Assembly (NCBI GenBank): GCA_973895155.1
Contig: OZ316899.1
Coordinates: 9,112,287 to 9,176,286 of the forward strand
Reading direction: 5' to 3'
From: Marsupella aquatica
Taxonomy: Eukaryota > Plantae > Marchantiophyta
DNA length: 64,000 nucleotides
In this document: piece after piece, positions 35,527-46,538 of the stretch
How the letters are laid out: the number at the start of each line of letters is the position of its first letter
Numbering within the stretch: the first letter of the stretch is position 1
Notes under the pieces: generated by a model
Told to the model about the DNA's origin: nothing
What the model saw: the letters and a program-made list of their open reading frames with translations, nothing else
Database searches by the model: none
Program-made: the position numbers and the translations under genes

Positions 35527-37913
35527 CCCGGCTGTTGGCTGTTATGTGGGCCTCCTCTATATTCCTCAGCTCTCGCTTCCACTTCTCCCTCTCTTTGATC
35601 GTATCGGCCAACTCTCCCTGCGTCTGAGTCAGTTTATCCTTGATATTCTGATTATCAGCCTGCGCGGTGTCCAACTGCCCCTGCATGATGTTCAGCTCAT
35701 GCCGTTTAATCCGCAGTTCATCTTGGGCTTTCTTGGCCGCCCTTAGATCTTCAATCTTGGCTTCCATCCTCCTAAGCCGCCGAATGACCTCGTCCTTCTT
35801 GCTTCTCTCTAAAGCCACCGCTTCTTCTAATTGGTGCTTCTCCAACTGCTCCCTATGGAAAAAGGGTCCTACCTCCAACTCCTCTCCAAAGATGCCGAGC
35901 GCAAGTTCCCCACACATCTCACCATACTCCATGGCTCTATTCTTAGCGTAGGTGGAGTAAGTAGAAGTGATCGGCATCGCCCATCGTGGCCTCTGCTCCC
36001 AAGCCGTCTTGCGGATCTCTTCAATTGTGGCTAGAGGTTTGCTTCCTTTTTCGGCTAGCCGCCTGATGTCCTCCGGCCAATCTCCTCCTGGTAAATCCTT
36101 TTCCCTAGCCAGGGCTGCCTCCTCTTCCTGCCTGATTTGCTCCTGAAATTCCTGCGCCGTCTGTTTTATGTCGTCAAAGCTCGGGGGAGCAACATCTGGT
36201 GGGGGAGACTCAGGGCTACTCTGCTGGTTGGGGTCCCCTCGTACTACCCTTGGAAGTGTGGGGACAAACCGGCCACAGGTCCTTACTCCTGGAACGTGAT
36301 GGTCCGACCCATAGCCGGAGTTATCATGGCTGCAGTCCTCCACTGCCTCCTCTATTTCTTGGACGTCCAGCTTCTCCCTCTCCTCTTCGTCGGTAGGAGC
36401 TTCAGGCAATTCTGCCTCAGATTCAGAGCTTGAGACTCCCACATACATTCGAACACCTGGCTTGGATTCCGGCCTGATTCTCTCCTCGTCTCCAGCAAAG
36501 GGGTTTTCTCTTGTGATCCGGTGTAGGCCTACCTCTGGAGTGGTGTTCTGCATTGTTGCCGTTGCCGATGCCGATCTCTTTTCTTTCTCTAGTAGTTTCA
36601 GCAGACTCTGCATGCCTGGTTGCTGCATTGGCAAGTCCTCCTTCCTGGGCCTAAACACCTGCTCGATTGTAGGGCTAACAGGTGGTTGAGGCTTCTCTGC
36701 TACCGGCCTGGGTTCTGGAGCTTCCTCGGGTGCCCTTACCTACAGGGGAAGTACTGGGGCAAAAGTCTGACCTCTGGCATACCGGCACAACAGCGGCATG
36801 TGATAGCCAAGCCGCGACACGCTCCCCATGCCGATTACCTGCTGCTCCTCCTTTAAGATCTTCTTCAATTGGTTGAGGAGGTACTCGTTGTAGTCCCGGC
36901 TTGGGTCTGGCCTCTCTGCCAGATAGACCTGTGCCTTGCCGATCTCCGCCCTCGGCAAGTTACAATGCATGGTCACCCGCAAGAAGTCGATCATCTCTCC
37001 TATGTGCGGGTTGGTGCAGGTGTTCCGGAAGAAGCCATTCTTCGTTGATGGCCCAGGGAACGACCGGAACTCCTTGTCAGGCAAGGTCTTCCTGGTATCA
37101 ACTTTGGTCTTATTGCCTATCGGCAAGCCAAACACTTCGGCAATCACTTTGGGAGTAAGATAGAAATCCTTCCCATATATCCTCGTGCAATTGGTCTTGG
37201 GTTCCCATGACCCCATGAATTCTAATAGGTCTGACTCCGGTACCTCCGGCTTCAGCCATGATAATCTTACAAAGGCCTCTAAGCCAGATCCGGCCATGAA
37301 GCCTTGGTACTTCTTGGTCTGCATGGCCATAAAGCATGCATCCTCCTCCCGTGCAAAATGTAGTTGCACCTCTACCGGTAGGGTTGCCGCCCAGCCCTTC
37401 CAGGTGTCATCCCTGGTTGGAATGGCCTTGATGGGATCGACCTCCTCCTCTTCGGCTTCTCCCTGCCTCCTGCTCTGCTGCTCGGCTGGCTTCTTTGGTA
37501 CCGCCGACCTCGTTCTTTTTGCCGGGGTGGCTTCATCATTGACGGCTCCCTTCCTCTTCATCTCTGCTGTCGTGGAGGTTTCTCCTAGCACTGTTGCCTG
37601 GGTCCACCTTTCCGTGCTACCCTTCAATTCCCAGTGTATGTCGTTGCAGTTCTTGATGGCCTCTCGGATGCCGACGACGCTGTCTTTGCAAAACAGAAGA
37701 TCGTCGAGCTGATTGGAAGTAGGAGTCCACAAGAACTCGTCTTTGATGAGTTCGCCTCCTAAGAAAGCCGTCTTCTGCAGCTCCCACAATCGAGCGAGCT
37801 CCTGCCGTTCTCGAGCTGCCCTTTCTGATTCCTTGTCCTCATAAGTCTTGATGTACTCAGTTGCCCGTTCGAACAGGCATCCCCAGAAATATGCCGCTTG
37901 ATTGACGTTGCTC
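35527..37913 (-). mobile_element. Internal fragment of the family B LTR ORF without termini
   Basis: ORFs 36740-37927 and 35459-36658 encode the family B protein. No TG/CA ends or TSD. Confidence 0.9.
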
Positions 37914-38145
37914 GTTGATCCGATCAATGAGCATTATTTCCCTCTATGTAATCGGTTGGAGAGACGTTACTCAATGTGAATGTTGAGATTGAATATTACT
38001 TATCGGTAACAGAAAGCGACAATTTAGGAATTGTGATAGGTATTAATGTAAATTATGCTAAAATATTGTCATGAAGATTACGCTAAACAATAGTTACCAT
38101 TAAATATTACCGTTGTCCAGACACCTTAAAGACAAACATGCAATG

Positions 38146-38540
38146 CTAGCGCCGGACGCTAATGAAGAAGTGACCACTTTATTTGGAGAGTTATTGGTGT
38201 ACAATTGCTACCGCCCGGCGCTAGCCATTTGACTAGTCTCATTAACGTTCTATTTTAGTTCAAGTTTTTGTTAACAAACTTACAAAGGTAGTTGTTTCAA
38301 ATGTAGTAACTCAACTTTACTTTATATTAAGGCCTTGATTATGTTGGATCAATACTAGCGCCAGGCGCTAGTACAAATTTACCATATTTTATGCTTAAAT
38401 TTGGTTGTTAAGGATTGTTTAGCAAAAATATTTATTCAAAATGATGTCTAGTCCATTACTAGCACCAGGCGCTAGTCTGGCGTCCCAACAAATTCAATCT
38501 TTATTGTTCATTGACTTTTTGGTAGCGCCAGGCGCTAATG
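38146..38540. repeat. Cluster of palindromic TAGCGCCWGGCGCTA motifs
   Basis: Five copies at about 38146, 38209, 38353 (21-bp TACTAGCGCC-A-GGCGCTAGTA), 38458 and 38523. Degenerate copies occur at 11270-12750 and 40830-40950. Confidence 0.85.
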
Positions 38541-38802
38541 AAATGGACCCACTTCTTTCGGCCTATATGTGGTCATTTTGATGTAATAAATATTCCTGAC
38601 ACCCGCACTTCTCGGGGAAAAAAGGACAAACTTTTTATTTATGATTTCAACGGATGCAATTTAGTGCTTGTTCCCTGTCGTATTGAAGTGACTCTTTTAA
38701 CGGCCAGTCGTCTTGAAGCAGTGGTATAAGCATTCCATACGGGCGGGATTGGTTTTGTTGATTCCTTGATTTTCTTGGTTACTTTCACTTCATTTCTCTA
38801 CA

Positions 38803-41800
38803 TTGTCGCGCTCAATTGTTATTACACGTGCTTGTATAGGGGACGTCATCAAGGTTCCCGTGCAAGTTTCTGATACGTACAAGCAAGTAAGTGAAACCTA
38901 CCTTTGCGGAAGATTTGATTTGAGAATGAATGATATTGAGTCGATTGTTCCCGAGGAGTCAACGAGTGGAGGACTTGAATGTACTGCGGCATTTGATGTA
39001 GATGAGGGAATGTGTTTTTGGCATATGAATGTCGGACTTTGTTACACGCTTTATGTCAGACGTACTCCTCTTGAATCAGTAGTTGGGAAGATTCCTGTCC
39101 AGGTTGTTGAAATCTCTGAGAGTGAAGATGAGGATGTTGCGCCCAATCCTCCTGCGAAGTACAAAGTTCCAGATTCTAGTTTCCTTAAGAGTGAACCGGT
39201 GGCCACCTCCGGAGTTGTCCATAAGGTTTATCGGCGGAGTGCAATGGACGCCTTACTCAAGGCCACGGGACATAGTGAACTATCAAGATTTATATTGGCA
39301 AGGGACTTCCAACATGAGCAAGTTCCTTGTTTTCCAAACAAGTACAACGGAAATGTTGTATTTGAATTGCCTCCCATTGAGAGAATGCTCTCCAAGGGAT
39401 TGAGACTTTGTGACATGGACCGTGCCAAAGATTGCAACATTTGGACCCAAATTTTTCTGACAACTGCAAACGTGCAACCAAAGAAACACTGGGAATTTGG
39501 TAAGGTTACGTGTACTCGGTTCATCGAGTGCAGGAACAAGTCCTGTGAGTATTTTCAGCAAAAGAAGAGATGCAATGCAAAAGCCTGGCATGGTACTCCT
39601 AAGCTTAGTGGCCAGCACGTGGTGGGTTTGTTCAATGAAGAGGGTGGTGTGGTATGTCACTACTGTGAGCAGATTCCTTTTTGTGTGGAGTCTTGCCCTG
39701 CTTGCTTGTTCTATATGTATCCGCAGGTCCTACTTGATACAAAAACCTGTAGTCACATGTCTCGGCTCGCGGTTCATATAGGTGAACATAACCATCCAAG
39801 TAGAAATTTTTTCTTGAGGAGCGCTGAAAAGATAGCCAAGGATTTAATAAAAAGAAATCACGAAACCAATCCTTTTGCAAAGTCGACTGGGATCTTAAAT
39901 TTTGCGACCGGTTTGCTTGTGAAAGCTCTTTGCAAAAACGTCAACGACATGGTAGATATTGAAGAAACAAATATTTGGAAGTCTCTCATGGTACTATCTA
40001 CTCCTCGGAAATTTGCATCGCTTTGTCGAAGCGTTCGAATGGACCAGAATGGTCATGGTGAGTTAGATTTCCTAGCTTGAATGCAAAGGACAAATAACAT
40101 TTCTTTCCTCCAAAGGTATCTTCTGTTGGGTCAGGGTTGTCTAGCAGATAGGCCCCATATATTCAAAATGACAGTCAAGGGTCACGGATCTGGTGTAGAT
40201 CTTCTACGGCAGATGCAACCAAGCGGAAGATTGGAAGGAGCTTGGGTTAGTTTTGATGTCATGAAGTGCGTGACAACCGATTGGTTTACTTTCAATGCAC
40301 ACGTTTACGATCACAACTTCCAAGCTCTTTGTACAATCTTTACATGCGAACTTAAAGCTGAAGACACGGAGTCTTTTGAGAAGGCATGGAGAATTATCAT
40401 TGAGGTTTGTAAGGAAAATGGGTTACATGAGGTTGTCATCCAAGGTTTTATGGCTGACAATGCTCAGGCTGGGTGGATCGCCGTTTGCAATGTCTTTTTT
40501 GGAGGGCACCCAGAACGTGAATGCTCCAATGCATTTCACTTTTACCAGTCTTTCCATCGACATTCCGCGGAAGGAGTACTTGAGGGTAGGCAACCTGAAC
40601 ATCAAAGACTCTGGGAGAAATTGCGGAATGCTCCAACGTTTGTTGCGGCATATCGAGTTTCTAGGGAGATTATGTTGTGGTGGCAAGCAGGCAACTGTGT
40701 ACCAGGAAAATTGATGATGTTGCAAAGTTGGATATCATGGTGGGTTGTTTGATGGCGTCACTGGGGGAATTTCATTCATGTGGTAAGTTTTATCTATGCG
40801 TACAATAGTCAATTCTCAATGTGTTTATACTACCGCCCAATGCTACTTTTAACTGTACAAAAAACTTTGCAACATTTATGACTTAGGACCACTTGGACAA
40901 TAACAACATTATATTATTATGTCATACACATTGCTAACGCTTGGCGCTGCTTAAACAAAATGACTAAATTTGGTATGCATGGACTTCATTGTAGAGCAAA
41001 AGTGCAGAAAAAGGTGCCCTCATTCCAAACTATACAGGTTTTGAGTCGAGGCACGCTTCCATGAAAGCATGGGCAACCAAAAAATGGTGGGTCTCTTTGA
41101 AGCATGCAAAGTTGATCAAAATTGAGCTCTATCTCAAGTTTCGGGTTACAGCGCATATCGGAAAGGACTCAATAGAGGGAAGGGGCCAACTATCTAGGAA
41201 TTAGCATTCCAATCCGCAGACCAAGCAAGTTCACCCAAGTTATTCAAAGAAGCAACCAACATGATTCTTTCCAACGCTGTTGATTTTGATCTGGGTAGAA
41301 GTTCTCCTCTAAATGGAGATATTGTCGGTTAAGAGGAAGGGACTTGCAATTGGGATTGTCTTGCCACAAGACTCCCATCGGCATGACACCATTCTCATCA
41401 CTACCCCAAATACTCAAGGATTCAAACGGAAGAATCTCAACAACACTGAGTTCACTTCCATTCCCGCCAATGTAATAGATCTTGTAGTCGACCTCTGCGG
41501 GAGTGACACTTCAACAAATGAAAGTGATTCCCTTGCGAACACCCTTGAAGCCACAAGGGCAACAACATCATTGCAACCACCACTCAATGCCCCTGCTGTG
41601 CTTCAGCGTTTGCCGACACAATCAGCTCCTTTGGAAATGGACGTTCCTAGAGGTAGTTGGCATTTGAGACAGATGGTCAAATATGGGGCAGGGCCGCAGT
41701 GTAATGGGACTTTGTATGGAAATTCTGAGAGGGATGAGTGTCAAAATTGTGTCAAGAAAGTCGGGTTCCATTCGGTTGCTGGTGTTGTCGGCATTGTTGT

Positions 41801-41938
41801 GTGTGGATATTGCATTTTCAGAGGAACACCCATTGCCAAAATGATTGGTTCTGCACAAACAAAACATGCTACAAGAGCCGCCCGCGTCGTGGTGTTGAAC
41901 GCTGTGGAATGGCTCAGTGGAGGCTTGAGTAGGAAATG
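38803..41938 (+). pseudogene. Putative MULE/Mutator-like DDE transposase with Cys-rich N- and C-terminal domains
   Basis: VSFDVMK, GFMADNAQAGW and ECSNAFHFYQS (CxxH-like), plus Cys clusters. In-frame stops and a putative intron at 40783-40994. Truncated by an LTR at 41939. Confidence 0.55.
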
Positions 41939-42900
41939 CGTCAATTTTTTGCTTTCAAGGAGTAGTAATTACATAGTTTTAGTGATTAGCGGGGTTGTTA
42001 GGTTTAGGGTAACTTAATAAGTAAGGAAGTAGAGTAGGGAAATAAATTGAGGGAGAGGACATGTTTCTCTAAGAAGTATCAAGAGTTGAGTAAGTTATTT
42101 GGTAAGGGCGGAAAAAAGTTATGGTAGTCGGCAAGTCGGGCCAAAGGCATGACCAATACTTTTGAGAGATAAATTTTGCTAAGACTCACCCTATAGGTGC
42201 TAGGTAGTCCCTAGATCACACATAAAAGTCACAAAGTCAAGTGGGGTCTTAACTTAGGAGTTGTAAGTATTTTGACAAAACTTAAAGTTACCAAATAGCG
42301 GGTCTCAGGAAAAATAGCTGATGGGAAAAGGTAGGGGTTCCAAGTTGCAAAGTAGGTTAAATATGGTCCACTCTATCCCTGGAAACTTGTGGCAAAACTT
42401 GGTTACCTTTGGTTACTTTTTGGGAACATCTCAAAGTTCAGAAGAATTTTGGAAAACATAAGAATTAGTCCTCTTTACCTAATTTTATAAAATTGGTTAT
42501 AGGGTTTTGTTTAGATCTTAGTAAACCAGGACATAGCCCTATGTCCAGAGAATCTATGGATCTACTCAAAAGTCCTTTTGGCCTTATGGGTGATTTTTGG
42601 CGGTGGGTACAATATGGGCCGGTGAATTATATTTTTTCCAAAACAAAATCCGACTAAGTGTAAAAATGCTTCGACGAGGCTACCACAAGGCAGGAATAAG
42701 TCAAGCACAAGGGCGATTGGGAGATGGTTGAATAGACCAGGAAATCACAAGGTGAAGGAGCTTGAGTGGGAGTGGGAGTTAGTTGACTTTTGTTGTAGTG
42801 TGACTTTGGTAGTTAGTTGGACTTTTGTTGTAGTGGGACTTTGGTGATTGGACCTTGGTCCTTGGTCCTCTACTTTGGTCCTTGGTCCTTGGTGGGCTAC

Positions 42901-45416
42901 TGTCACGCGATTGACATGGGTCTTAACACCAAAAACGTCACTATGGGTGCCAAAACCATCTCCTTGTACCTGAGGATCACGAAGGGATGTTGTGAAGGCC
43001 GGTAAACACCAATTTATGCCCTTAACACCAGACTATCGTAGCAAGACTCTATCACACATCACCCAAGCTCAATCCCAAGGAACCAAGGTTGGGGATCAGA
43101 TCTACGCTCATGATAGTTCTGGTGAGAAGGGGTCTTCATATCGGGCCCGTACACACAGGGCCTAGCGCTATGGTGCGCATAGATCTATACATATGCTTAC
43201 TATCATAGGTATGTTTCTATTCCGCCGCCGGAATGTACCCATAAACCAGTGACTCCTGACTGATTCCCGGCTTAGGGACTTCCAAGCCATTGCCCCACCA
43301 CTCTGCCATTCCACTCTCAGCAATCAGAGCTATGATAGTCCGCACCCAACCCACTTCAATGCACCCTGTACACCTCTCAGTGGCGCTGCTAGTCCCATCA
43401 TACACTCAGATTGCCTCACACACAAACACATCCATGAGAGAAATGAGGCCTGAGAGGAAAACTCAATTAGATTCAAAGATGTGCACAATAGTTCACTGAG
43501 AACACTTGATCCGAACACTAGGCCAGAAGGCTGTCTCCTCCAGATTGCGACGTGCTTGCCCCGCAAGCCCCGTGCTTGCCATGCAAGCTCAATCCTGAAC
43601 CTGAGCCCAACTCACTCCAGATTGTGACGGCAGATTGGACTCGAACCAATCCCGTACTTGCCTTGCAAACTCAATCCTGAACTCAACCTCCTTCACTACA
43701 CTTCATTCTTGGGGGCACATACAGATCTCGCACCTCCAATTCAGAACGTCAAGTTACGCATGCACAGTTGACTCGACTTCAAAGCTGGTACCAGGCCTAA
43801 CGACGATCTATCCCAGACTGCAATGAGGCCCGGCCTCACGCTTGCCCTGCAAGCTCAGCTCTGGCCATAAATCCCTTAGTGCTCTCTACCAGACAAAGGC
43901 CAGGACTCCCCATGGATCACGTAGCCTTGCCAGACTGAACTGTAAATGCTCCTTCTGCTGGCCCTCAATTAGTATCTCAGCCTCCCTAATGTGCTCACCG
44001 AAAATCACATTGAAATCCTCCCCACAATTTACAATCACCAACACATCACCTATCACCAAGGCTCTGTATCGGGGGAAAAGAACCCAGTTGTGGTGCCTAC
44101 TAGAAAGAGCCACAATCCAGCTTGCAAACCTGGCCAACTGTTGTTGTGAAGCGTGGCTGATTACTCCCTGAGTAATAGCACAACCAAGCTCTCCCCAACA
44201 CACAGCTTCCAAGCCCAGCCTTCCTTGCACAGAGCTCCTCCCTGCTGCTCAGTCTACGTGAGATCACACAACTGAAGTTCCCCCCCCCTCTGCCTCTACC
44301 GGGGGGCTGCTCTATATACTCTCATACTGAGCCCAAATGGGTGGATACTACGTTGCTGGAGCCCCATCCCAGCCCTAACAGAGCCGCCACTATCTCTAAC
44401 TACTGAACCCTAACTCGCAACTTTATTTCTATCTCGAATTGGCTATGTACTTCAGATTTGGCCCTCCTCCATGGTTTTTGCGAGCTTGCGCCTCCTCTCC
44501 CGATTTCTCTATTCAACCATTTGCTGCGTGGATAGCAGCATTGGAAGCGGCTTGAGCTCCTCTTTCCAACGAGGTCAATTATAGCCAATTTGGCCAAATA
44601 CACAGAGAGTTATGCCCCCGCAACCGAGAGGGGGTACTCACTGCTGCGCTAACCCGAGTTACATAGCTAACCCGAGTTCGGCTAACCTAGCTATCCTATC
44701 TAACCCGAGTAGAGCTAACCCGTGGTCTCGGGTTAGGCCGCTACCCGCTACCCGCTATCCGCTATCCGCTAACCTAGGCTAAGCTGAGCCCGAACCCGAG
44801 CTTACCTATGCTAACCTGAGCCCGAGTTTAGGCTAACCCGAGTTCAGTGTAACCCGGGATCAATCTAATCCAAACCCGGGTTAAGCCTAAGCTGAAGCTG
44901 TGCTGACCTAAGCTAAGCTGAAGCCGTGCTTACCTGAGCTAAGCTGAAGCCGTGCTGACCTGAGCTAAGTTGAAGCCGTGCTTACCTGAGCTAAGCTGAA
45001 GCCGTGCTGACCTGAGCTAAGCTGAAGCCGTGCTCACATAAGCTAAGCCGTGGTCGAGCTTGGGTTAACCCGAAACTGAAATCGAATCCGCTAATTCCGG
45101 CCACAAGTTAACCCGTCATACTAATCAGGCTGTATCTTCCTTAATACACCTTCATTTCCCGAGTGTTTTATAACGATTTTACTCGCCTTGACCAGATCTT
45201 TCCAATGCTCTTTACAGATCCGGATTTGGTGACATATTGAAAGAGATATGGTCGCCGACCACCCACGACATAGCTTTTATTTCCCTACTCTTAACGCCAT
45301 GATTGCCCATATTCTTGTCATCTTGCTAATTGTTATGCAATATCAATAGCTACTCCTTGCATACAGCAGCCTACTTAATCAGATCATAGAATAAGGACCA
45401 TGTCATCGGCGTCACA
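42901..45416 (-). mobile_element. Solo LTR, family C (2.5 kb)
   Basis: TG..CA ends and TSD GCTAC (42896-42900 and 45417-45421). The minus strand begins TGTGACGCC like family A and shares the hairpin motif at 43206-43288. Confidence 0.9.
44887..45045. repeat. 26-bp tandem repeat, 6 copies, inside LTR C
   Basis: Unit CTAAGCTGAAGCCGTGCT(G/T)ACCTGAG, preceded by dispersed TAACCCGAG repeats at 44650-44850. Confidence 0.9.
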
Positions 45417-46414
45417 GCTACTTTGGTCCTTGGTCCTTGGTGGGCTACCTTAGTCATTGGTCCTTGGTCTTTGGTGGGCTACTTTGATCCTTGGTCCTTG
45501 GTGGGCTACTTTGGTCCTTGGTCTTTGGTGGGCTACCTTGGTGTGGTGTGGAAGGAGAATAGTATATAAGGAGGAAATTTTCCTTTGTTATGGACCAGAA
45601 TTTTCAATTCTCAAAGTAGAGGCTCTACCTTGTTAAGTTGGGGCTAAGTTTGAGAAGGCAATGAGGTCCATACTTAGTGTGAGGATATTGTAGAAGATCT
45701 TTTGTTGTAAAGATTGAGTATGCAATGAAAGGAGTCTTCCCAATCTTCAATGTGACCATTAAGTGTGAAAGAATTTGAAGTGTACGAGGGCAAGAGAAGA
45801 GTCCATGTTAGGGTGCAATCTTGGTCTAAGCTTGAAGGGGATGTGCTGGTACACAACCAAGACCAGGGAGGCAAGGTTAAGGTGGAGCACTAATTTGAGA
45901 CTTGGAGAGGATTGTATCTTGATGGTGGAAAGTACTTTGTCTTTTGTGAGAACAAGAGGAAGAGTCCTTAGAAAAAAGAGTTGTTTCTAAGAGCTCAAAG
46001 GGGATGTGTGGACCCAAACCAAGGTCGGGGGGCAAGGTTGAGGGGTAACACTACTTTGAGGGTCTTCAGGAGACTTGAGCTGGAAGAGGAAAGTACTTTG
46101 GGTTCTTGGATGTTTGTGTGAGAATCTACTCTAAGGTGACAGCTTGGAGTGGAGATCCCCCTTGCTAATCCTTGGAGTAGAGGAGAAAGGAAGGGTGTGA
46201 GCGCAAAAGTAGTCAAGGGGACTACCTCTCTAGAAGTGGAGAGTTTAAACTACTTATGTATGGTGTGATATGACATTGCAAGCACATTTCAAGAAGTTTT
46301 GTCAATCCTTTATGACCCTGGTATGATATGGAATAGGTATTAGGTAGTTTTTTGGGGAGAAAAGTCACTTAAGCTCCTTGACAAGTGTTTGACATAGAGA
46401 CTCATCCTTGTTTT

Positions 46415-46432
46415 TGGCGCCGCTGCCGGGGA
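46415..46432 (+). promoter_or_regulatory. Primer-binding site (tRNA-Asp, Athila type)
   Basis: TGGCGCCGCTGCCGGGGA. Confidence 0.88.
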
Positions 46433-46538
46433 CAACTCTTTGCAATTTTTATTGTGGGAGTGGAGCCACAAGACTTGGAGGTGTGTTTGCAGGTTGGTTG
46501 TTCAAGAGGAGGGAGATAAGAAGGTGATTGTGAGTGGC

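Noticed and set aside
38146-38540. CRISPR-like array of palindromes
   Set aside because: Spacing is irregular, the repeats are only 15-21 bp, there are no cas genes and the context is eukaryotic.
43886-44230. Family C LTR ORF homologous to the family A N-terminus (RHH.VL)
   Set aside because: The similarity is a few residues only and needs a profile comparison.
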